From a bacterium (GTDB lineage Bacteria; Patescibacteriota; Patescibacteriia; Patescibacteriales; UBA12465), in contig DAOMZR010000002.1 in NCBI GenBank assembly GCA_035400585.1, forward strand, positions 145,121 to 209,120: a stretch of DNA of 64,000 nucleotides, given 5' to 3'. Shown one piece after another: positions 47,737 to 57,614 of this stretch. The position numbers and the translations under genes are program-made. How positions within the stretch are numbered: the stretch's first letter is position 1; each line of letters starts with the position of its first letter. Under the pieces are notes generated by a model. It did not search any database. It saw only the letters and a list, made by a program, of their open reading frames with translations, and was not told the DNA's origin.

Positions 47737-50622
47737 CTAATTTATATTTATTGTGACTTGGTTGCTTTTTTTAACCAAACCGTTCCAATCATAGAATTCA
47801 GCATAAAGTTTATAGGTGCCACTTTCTGGCAACATTTCCCACTCTGTTTCTATGGTTTTATTCAAAATGGCATCTATGGTTTTTATTTTGTTAACGCTGT
47901 CCGTGTTTTCATCTTTAATAAATAAATCTATCTTAATAATTTGATCTGGATTGGTAACTATCATTTTAATTGGTAATGGAAAATCGGCCGAACTTAAAGC
48001 CAAACCACTTGTGGGATATATTAGATTAAGGTTTGATGGTAATTTTTCGGTGTTTTTATCTAACATTAAATTAAACTCTAGAGACTTTTCGGCGCAATTT
48101 AAAGCATCGTCACAAACTATAACTTTTAAATTATAATAGCCGTTATTTAGAAATGAAATGTTCTTGTTTAAGTCAAAGGGATAGGATGTTTTTCTATCTA
48201 ATAAATTTCCATTGATATAATATTCAACCTTATAAATTCCTCTAGGAGCTGTAGCCTGTAATTCGACTACAAAATTTTCATTAGCAATCACAGAATTATC
48301 TTCAATATTTTTAATTGAAAAAACTGGTATGTTTTCTGGATCATAAATATTTTGAGCTTGATTTAATATTTCTGGATTATAATTTTCATCTTGTTTTTTT
48401 GCCCATTCCAAAACTCTGTCTTCCCATAATCTAAATTGAGGATCTTTTTCTGGATTATCCGGCGCTGGTCCAAGTGGATCTTCTTTATCTACGTAATACA
48501 AAATGGAGTGATGATCGGCAAAAAATACTTCTTCAACTAACTCATTAGGAGTACTTTCGGTGGCAATATCTCCGGTTTCTTTGTTTATTTTTATTGTCTT
48601 TCCAACTGGTTCGCCATCAATTAAGGCTTTGCCAGTTTTTTCTATTTGTGGTTCGGAAAAACTTTCGGCTGGTTTTTTGTCTAAAGCATTTTTCATAAAT
48701 TCATTCCAAATCGGTGCAGCCACCACACTGCCATCAGCACCTCTTTTCATCTCAGTATTATCGTTATTGCCAACCCAAACACCAGCGACAAGAGATGGCG
48801 TATAACCAATAGTCCAAGCATCTCTAAAATTATTAGTAGTTCCGGTTTTAGCTGCTACGGGTCTGTCGGCTAAAACCAAATTATTTCTTTCTCCAAAAAT
48901 GAAAGATCTGGCCCCATTATCGGATAAAACACTATTTATCATTTTAGCTATGTTTGGTTCTAAAACTTTTTTTCTTCTTTCCTGAAATTCTTCTAAAACC
49001 TTTCCTTCTTTATCTTCCACTTTTAAAACAACGCTGGTTGGACTTATTTCTCCTTCTTGAGCAAAAATACTATAAGCATTAACATGTTCTAATAATTTTA
49101 CTTCGGCTCCACCCAAAACTAAGGAAAGTCCGTAATTGTCTGGATTAGTTAAAGTCGTATATCCAGCATCTTTGGCTAAAGATATAACATTATCTATACC
49201 AGCTAAATACAAAGCTTTTACTGCTGGTATGTTTAAAGATCCGGCCAAAGCTTTTCTTATAGATATTGGACCGCTTTCTTGTCCGTTGTAGTTGTTTGGT
49301 TCATAGGCTTTCCCAGAGGCAGAAAAATTGGTTATAACATCGTAAAGTATGGAATTGGGGTTAAAACCTTTTTTAAATAGCGTTGCGTAAACCAAAGGCT
49401 TCATCGAAGATCCTGGTTGTCTTGGTCTTAAGGCAACATTTACTTGGCCATCTATATCCTGATTAAAATAATCTTTAGAACCAACCATGGCTAGAACTTG
49501 TCCGTTTTTTGGATCAATGGCAACTAGCGAGGCATTACTAGCATTAAATTTTGTAGCGTTTTCTTCTACGCGATTTTTAATTGCTTCTTCGGCTATTTTT
49601 TGTTTTTCTAAATCAAGTGTTGTGTATATTTTAAGACCGCCTTGCTCTAATTCTTTTGTTCCGTATTTTTCTGCTAAAACCTCTTTAACATACATTACAA
49701 AGTGGGGGGCCAAGATATTGGTTTCTGGTCCTTTAAAAACAAGTTCATATTTTTTAGCTTCTTCTTTTTCTTCTTCACTAATATAGCCTTGTTCTTGCAT
49801 CAAATCTAAAATATATTGTTGTCTTCCTATTAACAAATCCCTGTTTGGACCATAGGGTGAATATCTACTTGGCGCTTGAGGAAGCGCTGCCAGTAATGCT
49901 CCTTCGGCCAAATTTAAATCTCTGGCTGATTTGCCAAAATATTTTTGGCTGGCTGCCTCTACTCCATAAGCATTAGATCCATAAGGAATTTCATTTAAAT
50001 ACATTTGTAATATCTCGTCTTTGCTGAACTTTTTTTCTATTCTCTGAGCTATAATCATTTCTTTTATTTTTCTGGAATATTTTTTTTCTGATGTAAGTAG
50101 AGAATTTTTAACAAATTGTTGAGTTAGGGTTGATGCTCCAGCCTTTTTACCATACAAAACGTTAGTAATTACAGTTCTAGCAATAGCCAAAAAACTAACT
50201 CCTTTGTGTTTGTAAAAATTTTTATCTTCGATAGCGATAGTTGCTTGTTGAACATAGTCTGGTATTTCTGATAAATTTACCAAAGTTCTTTTTTCCTCTC
50301 CGTGAAATTCATATAAAATATTTTCACCGGTACGGTCATAAATAATTGTGCTTTGAGCTATTTCTCTTTCGATTAGTTGGTTTGGATTTGGCAAATCTTT
50401 AGACAACCAAAGAACAGTTGCCAAAGAAACAACGACACCCAAAAGGAATAAAAATAAAACAGATTTAATAAAAACCCTGTTGGACAGAATGGCAATAAAT
50501 ATGTTTTTTTTATTTTTTTTCTGGGGGTTTAAAACGTTGTTTTTTCTATAAATCATTTTTATTTTTTTGGGTCGATAGTACTGAGATCCAGAAAATTTTT
50601 TCTTTATATCTTTTTTTATCAT
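47737..50622 (-). CDS. Class A penicillin-binding protein (transglycosylase + transpeptidase) with C-terminal Ig-like domains
   Basis: The 961-aa ORF has an N-terminal TM, a GT51 region (ATIAIEDKNFYKHKGVS), a TP region (PGSSMKPLVYA with SxxK, SLN, KTGTT), and a C-terminal extension of about 250 aa. Confidence 0.85.
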   Translation of the reverse strand: MIKKDIKKKFSGSQYYRPKKIKMIYRKNNVLNPQKKNKKNIFIAILSNRVFIKSVLFLFLLGVVVSLATVLWLSKDLPNPNQLIEREIAQSTIIYDRTGENILYEFHGEEKRTLVNLSEIPDYVQQATIAIEDKNFYKHKGVSFLAIARTVITNVLYGKKAGASTLTQQFVKNSLLTSEKKYSRKIKEMIIAQRIEKKFSKDEILQMYLNEIPYGSNAYGVEAASQKYFGKSARDLNLAEGALLAALPQAPSRYSPYGPNRDLLIGRQQYILDLMQEQGYISEEEKEEAKKYELVFKGPETNILAPHFVMYVKEVLAEKYGTKELEQGGLKIYTTLDLEKQKIAEEAIKNRVEENATKFNASNASLVAIDPKNGQVLAMVGSKDYFNQDIDGQVNVALRPRQPGSSMKPLVYATLFKKGFNPNSILYDVITNFSASGKAYEPNNYNGQESGPISIRKALAGSLNIPAVKALYLAGIDNVISLAKDAGYTTLTNPDNYGLSLVLGGAEVKLLEHVNAYSIFAQEGEISPTSVVLKVEDKEGKVLEEFQERRKKVLEPNIAKMINSVLSDNGARSFIFGERNNLVLADRPVAAKTGTTNNFRDAWTIGYTPSLVAGVWVGNNDNTEMKRGADGSVVAAPIWNEFMKNALDKKPAESFSEPQIEKTGKALIDGEPVGKTIKINKETGDIATESTPNELVEEVFFADHHSILYYVDKEDPLGPAPDNPEKDPQFRLWEDRVLEWAKKQDENYNPEILNQAQNIYDPENIPVFSIKNIEDNSVIANENFVVELQATAPRGIYKVEYYINGNLLDRKTSYPFDLNKNISFLNNGYYNLKVIVCDDALNCAEKSLEFNLMLDKNTEKLPSNLNLIYPTSGLALSSADFPLPIKMIVTNPDQIIKIDLFIKDENTDSVNKIKTIDAILNKTIETEWEMLPESGTYKLYAEFYDWNGLVKKSNQVTININ

Positions 50623-50724
50623 TTTTTTACTTTTTTATTTTTGTTTTTTAAAATCAAAAAATCTGTTAATATGTTAAATATAATATAATATTAACAAAAT
50701 AAGCCTAATTTCGCAATAGATTAT

Positions 50725-51876
50725 TTGTTTTTAAATATGAACAAAAAAAGATTTTTTTTAGTTTTTATACTTGTTTTTACTGTTTTTTTATTTTCTAGTG
50801 AAATCGTGTTGGCCAGTAACTCCAATAAGAGTGGCGATATAATTTTTAAAGCCAAAGTAGTAGACATTATAAAAGAAGAAGAGAAGAAAAATGATGATGG
50901 AAAAATAATAAAACAACAAAATCTTCTTCTTTTAGGGCTAGACAAAGAATTCAAAAATAAAGAAATAGTGTTTAATGGTATCGGAAATATTGAAATTATA
51001 GGCAATAATATTTATAAGAAAGGACAGACTCTTTTTGTTTTGGCTTCCTGGGATCAGACAAGCAATCAATATAATTATTATATAACTGATCGCTCTAGAA
51101 GTGATGTTTTGATTTTTATAAGTGTTCTCTTTGTTTTATTTCTTTTATTGGTTAGTGGTTTCAAGGGTTTGCGCTCTGTTATTTCTTTGATTTTAACTTT
51201 TTTGATTATTATTTTTTTTATTGTGCCGAGAATATTAGATGGGGCTAATCCAGTTTTAATAACGTCTATCGGTTCTTTTTTAATATTATTTTCGGTTGTA
51301 TATTTGACAGAAGGATTTAACGTTAAATCGCACATATCCTCCTTGTCGATTTTCTTAAGCCTATCTTTGGTTATTGGAATCTCTTGGCTATTTATTAATT
51401 TAGGAAAGCTTTCGGGTGCCTTTAGTGAAGATGTTTTTATACTTTTAAATATAGGCCAAAATGCAATTAATTTTAAAGGGTTTCTTTTGGCTGGGGTAAT
51501 TATTGGAACCTTAGGTGTAATAGATGATATTATTATTTCTCAGGTTGTTTCTGTTGAACAAATAGTTGAATCCAATCCTCATCAAGATTGGAAAGATGTT
51601 TTTAAAAAAGCACACAAAATAGGAGTCTCTCACATTGCTTCAATGACCAATACTTTGTTTTTGGCCTATGCGGGCGTTTCTTTGCCGGTCTTAATATTGT
51701 TCGTAAGTCCAGATAACCCTTTCAGCAGTTTAGAACAAATAATTAGTAATGAGGCTATTAGTACAGAAATAATAAGAGCTTTAAGTGGAAGTATTGGTAT
51801 AATATTATCAGTTCCGTTGTCTACCTTTTTAGCGTCTTGGTGGTTTGTTCGGAGAAAAAGAAAAGATATTAATTAA
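50725..51876 (+). CDS. Polytopic membrane protein, YibE/F-like
   Basis: The 383-aa ORF has a signal peptide, a soluble N-domain, and six or more TM helices. The family assignment is tentative. Confidence 0.4.
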   Translation: MFLNMNKKRFFLVFILVFTVFLFSSEIVLASNSNKSGDIIFKAKVVDIIKEEEKKNDDGKIIKQQNLLLLGLDKEFKNKEIVFNGIGNIEIIGNNIYKKGQTLFVLASWDQTSNQYNYYITDRSRSDVLIFISVLFVLFLLLVSGFKGLRSVISLILTFLIIIFFIVPRILDGANPVLITSIGSFLILFSVVYLTEGFNVKSHISSLSIFLSLSLVIGISWLFINLGKLSGAFSEDVFILLNIGQNAINFKGFLLAGVIIGTLGVIDDIIISQVVSVEQIVESNPHQDWKDVFKKAHKIGVSHIASMTNTLFLAYAGVSLPVLILFVSPDNPFSSLEQIISNEAISTEIIRALSGSIGIILSVPLSTFLASWWFVRRKRKDIN

Positions 51877-51914
51877 CAAAAAGCGACGAATAATCGTCGC
51901 TTTTTATTTTTGTG

Positions 51915-51986
51915 AGCGGGTAGGGGGAATCGAACCCCCATCCTCAGCTTGGAAGGCTGATATAAAAGCCATTATACGATACCCGC
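51915..51986 (-). tRNA. tRNA-Gly (anticodon TCC)
   Basis: The minus strand reads GCGGGTATCG..ATCAGCCTTCCAAGCTGAGGATGGGGGTTCGATTCCCCCTACCCGCT. The anticodon stem is TCAGC/GCTGA with loop CTTCCAA. Confidence 0.75.
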
Positions 51987-51993
51987 TAAATTG

Positions 51994-52067
51994 CGGAACG
52001 GACGGGACTCGAACCCGCGACCTCCTGCGTGACAGGCAGGCGTTCTAACCAACTGAACTACCGCTCC
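51994..52067 (-). tRNA. tRNA-Asp (anticodon GTC)
   Basis: GGAGCGGTAGTTCAGTTGGTTAGAACGCCTGCCTGTCACGCAGGAGGTCGCGGGTTCGAGTCCCGTCCGTTCCG has anticodon loop CTGTCAC and discriminator G. Confidence 0.85.
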
Positions 52068-52117
52068 ATATAAAATGTTGTTCCAAAGCAAAAAAATAAT
52101 AGCAAAAAAATTTGGGC

Positions 52118-52146
52118 TTGTCAAAAACATTTTTATAATGTATAAT
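52118..52146 (+). promoter_or_regulatory. Sigma-70-like promoter (TTGTCA-17 bp-TATAAT) upstream of the dksA-family gene
   Basis: -35 TTGTCA is at 52118-23 and -10 TATAAT is at 52141-46 after a 17-bp spacer. A second TATAAT lies at 52134-39. Confidence 0.4.
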
Positions 52147-52232
52147 GGGTCTTAATAAAGGCTGTAAAAAAGGCCTGGTTTTTAGAATTTATTAGAAGAT
52201 TTTAATAGGATTAAAATTTCCTAAAAGAAAGT

Positions 52233-52610
52233 ATGATTGACGCAAAAAAAGTTGAAAAAATAAAGAAAGATCTCCTAGAAAGGAAGAAACAAATTCTGGC
52301 CGATCTTAGTGATTTGTCAAAGAAAGATCTACATGAAACTGACAATAGAATAGCCAAATTTCCAGAGTATGGAGATAAACCAGACGAAAATGCTCAAGAA
52401 ATAAGTGAGTATTCAACCACTGTTGTGGCCGAGAAAGTTTTGGAAAAAACATTAGAAGAAATTGACTCTGCTTTAAACAGAATAGAAAACGGAACCTATA
52501 GTGTCTGTAAATATTGTGGTGGAGAAATTAGTGAAAAAAGATTAGAGGCTAGGCCAACGGCCAGTTCTTGTATTGAATGTAAAACAAGATTGCAAGAGGA
52601 AAATGAATAA
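52233..52610 (+). CDS. DksA/TraR-family C4 zinc-finger protein
   Basis: The 125-aa ORF has a coiled-coil N-terminus and CKYCGGEISEKRLEARPTASSCIECK. Confidence 0.7.
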   Translation: MIDAKKVEKIKKDLLERKKQILADLSDLSKKDLHETDNRIAKFPEYGDKPDENAQEISEYSTTVVAEKVLEKTLEEIDSALNRIENGTYSVCKYCGGEISEKRLEARPTASSCIECKTRLQEENE

Positions 52611-53079
52611 ATATTTTTTTAAAAAATATCAAATTATTAATATAGCTATTTTTTCATTAATAGCTATATTTTTTATATTGGATAGATTGTTAAAAAAAAT
52701 ATCTTTACACGATCAAGTACAAAGAGAAATTTTTGGAAGCGTTTTTAAATTTAGTTTTACTGCTAATAAATATATAGCCTTCTCTTTGCCAATAGGTGGT
52801 TTGTTTTTAATTATTCTTGTTGGCGGCATCTTGTTGTTTTTTTTGTTTTATTTAATATTTCTTTTTTATAAAAAAAGATATAAAGAATTTTTTGGCTTTC
52901 TGGCTGTTTTTTTGGGGGCTTTAAGTAATTTTATTGATAGGATCGTTTACTCCTTTGTGGTTGATTATTTTGATCTAATTTATTTTACGGTTTTCAATCT
53001 AGCGGATGTTTTGATATTTTTAGGTTCAATTTTTTTAATTTATTTTTATTTTAAAGACGAAATAAATAAAAAATTATAA
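52573..53079 (+). CDS. lspA: Lipoprotein signal peptidase (signal peptidase II)
   Basis: The 168-aa ORF has four TM helices and NFIDRIVYSFVVDYFDLIYFTVFNLADVLIFLGS, which includes the catalytic Asp of the FNxAD motif. Its start overlaps the preceding gene. Confidence 0.75.
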   Translation: MNVKQDCKRKMNKYFFKKYQIINIAIFSLIAIFFILDRLLKKISLHDQVQREIFGSVFKFSFTANKYIAFSLPIGGLFLIILVGGILLFFLFYLIFLFYKKRYKEFFGFLAVFLGALSNFIDRIVYSFVVDYFDLIYFTVFNLADVLIFLGSIFLIYFYFKDEINKKL

Positions 53080-53183
53080 AATTGGAGTAGTTGACTTTTG
53101 TTTATCTCTTTGTTAAATTACTTAATGTTAGACGTTGGTTTTGCTCTTTTTTATTTTCTGTAAAACATTTTTTGTTAGTATTT

Positions 53184-53255
53184 GTCCCTGTAGTTCAATG
53201 GATAGAACATCAGCCTTCTAAGCTGAATATCTAGGTTCGATTCCTAGCGGGGACA
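53184..53255 (+). tRNA. tRNA-Arg (anticodon TCT)
   Basis: GTCCCTGTAGTTCAATGGATAGAACATCAGCCTTCTAAGCTGAATATCTAGGTTCGATTCCTAGCGGGGACA has anticodon loop CTTCTAA. Confidence 0.8.
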
Positions 53256-53324
53256 CACGTTTTGGTTTAAAGATTTTTTTAAATCTTCCTAATATTTGGG
53301 ACATATTATTCCAAATTTGTTTTT

Positions 53325-53855
53325 ATGATCTATCTTTTCTCTTTTTTTCTAATTGTTTTGGTTTTTGTCCTAGTTTTCTCTTCGATTCAGTTTTATAATA
53401 TTGTTTTTAGGGGTTTTGCTCCTTTTATTTCCACTAAATTTGAAGCCATTTTAACTATTTTAAAAGACTTAAATTTAAAAGGAAGTGAGCATGTTTATGA
53501 GTTGGGTTCAGGGAAGGCTGGTTTTTTAAGAGCAATTGAACAGAGGTTTGGAAATAAAAATTTGATTGGAATTGAATATTCTTTCTTTCCCTATATTTTA
53601 GCCAAAATTCAAATTGCCCTTTCAGGAAGCTCAATTAAAATTATAAGAAAAGACATGTTTAAGGTTAGCTTGAAAGAGGCAGATGTTCTTTATTGTTTTC
53701 TTAGTCCAGAAATGATGATTAAATTGGAAAAAAAGTTTAAAACAGAATGTCGTCCCGGAACAATTGTTATTAGTTATCATTTTAGACTGCCAAATCTTGA
53801 ACCAGAAAGAGTTTTGAAAGAAAGTAATGACAATATTTATTTTTACCGAATTTAA
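53325..53855 (+). CDS. Small SAM-dependent methyltransferase-like protein
   Basis: The 176-aa ORF has an N-terminal TM and VYELGSGKAGFLRAIEQ, a motif-I-like G-x-G loop. The call is tentative. Confidence 0.4.
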   Translation: MIYLFSFFLIVLVFVLVFSSIQFYNIVFRGFAPFISTKFEAILTILKDLNLKGSEHVYELGSGKAGFLRAIEQRFGNKNLIGIEYSFFPYILAKIQIALSGSSIKIIRKDMFKVSLKEADVLYCFLSPEMMIKLEKKFKTECRPGTIVISYHFRLPNLEPERVLKESNDNIYFYRI

Positions 53856-53886
53856 TTTTTAAATATTTCGGTTGATGGTGGCTATA

Positions 53887-53962
53887 GTTTAGCGGCTAGA
53901 ACGTCGGGTTGTGGTCCCGAAGATGAGGGTTCGATTCCCTCTAGCTACCCCATAATGAAGCA
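53887..53962 (+). tRNA. tRNA-His (anticodon GTG) with an encoded G-1 and an encoded 3' CCA
   Basis: G-GTGGCTATAGTTTAGCGGCTAGAACGTCGGGTTGTGGTCCCGAAGATGAGGGTTCGATTCCCTCTAGCTAC-C-CCA has anticodon loop TTGTGGT and discriminator C pairing with G-1. Confidence 0.85.
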
Positions 53963-54032
53963 TATAAAAATAACCCTAATATTATGGTTATTTTTTTAGA
54001 CTTATCAGACTCCTGGTGAGAGATAAATTGGT

Positions 54033-54060
54033 TGACAAAACATAATATTTATAGTAATAT
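54033..54060 (+). promoter_or_regulatory. Candidate promoter (TTGACA-16 bp-TAATAT)
   Basis: It lies upstream of the 54107..54328 ORF. Confidence 0.3.
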
Positions 54061-54106
54061 ATATTCACTAAACGATATTGTTTAGCGACCATTAAAAAAT
54101 AAAAAA

Positions 54107-54328
54107 ATGGCACAGAGTGTAGTTTTAACAGAAGAAAGAAAGGGCCAAATAGCCCTGCTCATCTTAAAACATGACTTCACCCAAAAAGCTCAGACTCTTA
54201 ACAGAACAGATGTTATGAGAAAAATTGGCCAAGGTGCTGAACAGCTAAAGGACCAAGGTGTCACAAAAGAAGAATTGATCGAACTCTATAAAGAATTTAT
54301 TGAAGAAGCTGTAAAAAAACTTTTTTAG
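54107..54328 (+). CDS. Small hypothetical protein (73 aa)
   Basis: It is flanked by a promoter-like element upstream and a terminator hairpin downstream (GGCTCGCaataacatCGCGAGCCttttttt, about 54441-54472). Confidence 0.4.
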   Translation: MAQSVVLTEERKGQIALLILKHDFTQKAQTLNRTDVMRKIGQGAEQLKDQGVTKEELIELYKEFIEEAVKKLF

Positions 54329-54550
54329 ATCTTCTTTTAGGAGAAAGTAATCAAGGTTAGACAATAGGTCGCTAAAAGGGTAATTGCTTTTCCTTGTTTT
54401 ATAAGCTTAAAGCAGAACAAGAACCTCTCCTCATTACAATCTTCTAGGGCTCGCAATAACATCGCGAGCCTTTTTTTGTATTAATTCGCCAAATATTCTA
54501 TTAAAAAAGTTTTCCAAGTTTTGCGCTTAGCCACCCCAATAAAAAAAGAG

Positions 54551-54585
54551 GGCCTTGCAGACCCTCTTTTTTGTTTTTCAGTATT
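54551..54585. terminator. Bidirectional terminator hairpin
   Basis: aaaaaAGAGGGccttgcagaCCCTCTtttttg lies between convergent genes. Confidence 0.45.
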
Positions 54586-55575
54586 TTATTTTTTAACTAA
54601 TTTTTTGCCATTTATAATTCTTTCTTTTTGCTCCTTTCCTCTATATTGAAGCGGAGGAGAACAAAACACTAACAAGCAGCCACTTCCGTCTTTAATTAAT
54701 TCTTTATTTCCCTTTAGTGAACTATCAACAAATACTTTGTTCATTTTTCCTAAATCCATATTACCTTCTGCTTTCATTATGTATTTTATAGTAGCATTTT
54801 TTTTATCAGGAAAATAACTTACTACAAAGTTTTCATTTTTAAAACTTTCTTTTTCCCATTTAAAATTTTCCGAAATTAATCTTCTATTTATTATTCTTAC
54901 AAATTCTTCTGGTAGATTATTTTTTAATTCGTCAATTAATTCTTCAATTTGTTCATTGTTCATTTTTTGTCCGTCAGCAAATGATACATCTTTTTTGTCT
55001 AACTTTCCTTTTAAAGCGTTTTTGAACATGTCTATTTCAAAATCAGAATAATCAGAAATATCTTCTTTTTCTACTTTCTTATTTTCTTTTTTATCCGTCT
55101 CTTTTGTTTTTTTAATAGAGTCGAATAAAATGTTTTCATTTTCAAATCCACCTTGTTTTTCTTCTTGAGCTTCTTCGTAGGTCTTAATAAAATTTTCTAA
55201 ATTATTTTGATTGTCAAAATTGTCTAAAAATTTTTGATTTTCTTTTTCTATCTCTAAGTCGTCTTGTTCACCATAGAAATAAGATAAATCATCGAATTTG
55301 TCTTCTTTCTTTTTTAATTTATTATTAGGATAAAGTTCTTCGTGCTTTTTTTCAAACTTTTTATATTGTCCAGAATAAGAGTAATCTTTTTCATTTATGG
55401 GATCGTAGTCCATTTTTTTCTTGTCTAAAATCTCTCCGTTTGGACTATAACCCATTTTTTTGAGTTCTTTTTCTCTTTCAATTTTCTTTTCTTCTTCGCT
55501 AACAACCTTGTCTATCTTTCCTGTGTTTTTATCAATTTTTAATCCTTGAGCTTTAAAAAAATCTCCAATTTTCAT
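54586..55575 (-). CDS. Hypothetical K/E-rich protein
   Basis: The 329-aa ORF is low-complexity and charged, with a C-terminal Cys-containing region (GSGCLLVFCSPPLQY). Confidence 0.4.
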   Translation of the reverse strand: MKIGDFFKAQGLKIDKNTGKIDKVVSEEEKKIEREKELKKMGYSPNGEILDKKKMDYDPINEKDYSYSGQYKKFEKKHEELYPNNKLKKKEDKFDDLSYFYGEQDDLEIEKENQKFLDNFDNQNNLENFIKTYEEAQEEKQGGFENENILFDSIKKTKETDKKENKKVEKEDISDYSDFEIDMFKNALKGKLDKKDVSFADGQKMNNEQIEELIDELKNNLPEEFVRIINRRLISENFKWEKESFKNENFVVSYFPDKKNATIKYIMKAEGNMDLGKMNKVFVDSSLKGNKELIKDGSGCLLVFCSPPLQYRGKEQKERIINGKKLVKK

Positions 55576-55715
55576 ATTTTTAAATTAATTGTAAATATTT
55601 TTATTATTGTAATATATCAATTTTTTGATGTTTTGTCAAGTATTTTAAGGTCTTTTGCGAGGTTGACTTTTATTGTTTATAGTGTTTAAATGTTTAGAAA
55701 CGTTCATTAAAATAA

Positions 55716-56123
55716 ATGTTTAACCAAAATATATCGCTTATGACAAAGATTATTTTAAGAGCTATTTTTAGTTTAGCTCTAATTTCCGTTTTTTTCTGGG
55801 GAGCCGGTGAACTCTTGGCAAGCAATGATTTTGCCAGTAGTATTGTTAACAGAGAAATAAACATTTATCTCTTGGCCTCCGTTTTGAGTCTTTTTTTGGT
55901 AATTAATTTTTTTTCAAAGGTGAAAAGAATAAAAATTATTTTACCCAATATTTTATCAATTGCCAGTATAGTGATTTTATTAGTGGCCGTATCCTTGCCA
56001 ATTTTGTCAGAGGTCGGTTATTATTCTGGTAAAATGGCCGGGGATGTTATTTTTTTTGTTATATTGGTTATTTCTGGTTTAATCCCTCTTCTTTATAAAT
56101 TCAAGTTAGAGGGCGATATTTAA
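55716..56123 (+). CDS. Small integral membrane protein (four TM)
   Basis: The 135-aa ORF is hydrophobic. A terminator (ATCCGAACtcttGTTCGGATttttt) follows at about 56131-56160. Confidence 0.45.
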   Translation: MFNQNISLMTKIILRAIFSLALISVFFWGAGELLASNDFASSIVNREINIYLLASVLSLFLVINFFSKVKRIKIILPNILSIASIVILLVAVSLPILSEVGYYSGKMAGDVIFFVILVISGLIPLLYKFKLEGDI

Positions 56124-56851
56124 TTTTTTTGATCCGAACTCTTGTTCGGATTTTTTATTTGGAATAAAAAATTATTAAAATTATTTTCATTTATTTTTTC
56201 GATTTCAATTGCTTTTTTAATTTTATACTTTCCAATCTCAGTTCTTCTTAATTCTTGAAGATGAGCTCCACATTTTAATTTCTTTCCTAAATCATCGGCG
56301 ATAGTTCTAATGTAAGTACCACTGGAACAATGTATTTTCAGTTTTAATATTGGCCAGTTGTATTTTATAATTTTTATATAAAAAATTTTTATTTTTTGTG
56401 GTTTTCTTTTTATTTCAATATTTTTTCTAGCCAATTCATATAATTTTTTTCCTCCAACCTTTTTGGCGCTATACATCGGTGGTATTTGAGTTTTCTTGTT
56501 TGCTAAAATGACTATATTTTTTTGGATATTTTCCTTGGTTGGTTTTTTGCCTTGATATTCAAAAATTGTCTGTCCGCAACGATCATAGGTGTCGGTTGAT
56601 TTTCCCAAAAAAACATCAGCTTCATATTTTTTATCAAGCTTCAAAAATAAATTAATATTTTTAGTTGCCCCACGACTTATTCCTAAAATCATTAATCCCG
56701 AGGCAAAGGGGTCCAGTGTGCCAGCGTGTCCAATTTTTTTAATTCCTGTTATTTTTCTTAGTTGGTTAACAATAGAATGAGAACTTGGACCACTTTTTTT
56801 GTCTATGAGTATAAAGCCACAATCTTTTTTATTTTGTTTCAATTGTTTCAT
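56120..56851 (-). CDS. truB: tRNA pseudouridine(55) synthase
   Basis: The 243-aa ORF has GFILIDKKSGPSSHSIVNQLRKITGIKKIGHAGTLDPFASGLMILGI, which includes the catalytic Asp. Confidence 0.85.
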   Translation of the reverse strand: MKQLKQNKKDCGFILIDKKSGPSSHSIVNQLRKITGIKKIGHAGTLDPFASGLMILGISRGATKNINLFLKLDKKYEADVFLGKSTDTYDRCGQTIFEYQGKKPTKENIQKNIVILANKKTQIPPMYSAKKVGGKKLYELARKNIEIKRKPQKIKIFYIKIIKYNWPILKLKIHCSSGTYIRTIADDLGKKLKCGAHLQELRRTEIGKYKIKKAIEIEKINENNFNNFLFQIKNPNKSSDQKN

Positions 56852-57530
56852 TTGTTGTAGGGGCTATATTGTTCTTTTTTTGGTATTCTAATTTAATATC
56901 GTACAAAACTTTCTTTAATTCGTAGGGGTTTTTTACGTGATAAAGTACTGCTTCGTAGCCGTCACTACCGGCGGTACTTATTGATAAAGTCCCACTCTTA
57001 ATAATTCTTTCTAAAAATGATTGATTAACTCCTATATCAGTTATTTGATTATAGTAGATTGTTTTGATAGAAGTTTCTAGCCAGCCTCTTTTTACTATTA
57101 TCCTTTGATCAGTAAAAAGGAATTCGTTAGATATTCTTAAATAAAAAACATTATAAAAAATTATGCCGGGAGCTATAATTAGTAGAAATATTATGGCCAG
57201 TATCATCCAAATACTTATAATCCATTGCCCCACTTCTTCAACATCTATAATATTTAAATATTGGGACAATTTATCAGAAAGATTTGTTTGATCCAATATT
57301 TCTTCATAAGGCGTTGATGGTGTTTGACTTATAATATTTTTTCCAACAGGAATTACTATTAGTTGAGCTTTATCTATAAAAAACAAACCAATCGATATTC
57401 CGAGAAAAATGGCCAACCACTTTATTAATAAAGCAATTATTCTTATTTTTATATAGCGATTGCAAATCGAAAAATATTTTATTATTTTTTCGTCTTGTCC
57501 GAGACTTTTTTTAATTATTTTGCTCATCAT
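56829..57530 (-). CDS. Membrane protein with a bacterial PH-like (bPH_2/YdbS-type) domain
   Basis: The 233-aa ORF has two TM helices and RGWLETSIKTIYYNQITDIGVNQSFLERIIKSGTLSI. Confidence 0.45.
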   Translation of the reverse strand: MMSKIIKKSLGQDEKIIKYFSICNRYIKIRIIALLIKWLAIFLGISIGLFFIDKAQLIVIPVGKNIISQTPSTPYEEILDQTNLSDKLSQYLNIIDVEEVGQWIISIWMILAIIFLLIIAPGIIFYNVFYLRISNEFLFTDQRIIVKRGWLETSIKTIYYNQITDIGVNQSFLERIIKSGTLSISTAGSDGYEAVLYHVKNPYELKKVLYDIKLEYQKKNNIAPTTNETIETK

Positions 57531-57614
57531 ATTTTCATAATAACAAAGTTTTTCAAAAAAATAAAACTATGTTAAAATTTATTTAAAATTAAATAATCAT
57601 CTCTATTTATTACT

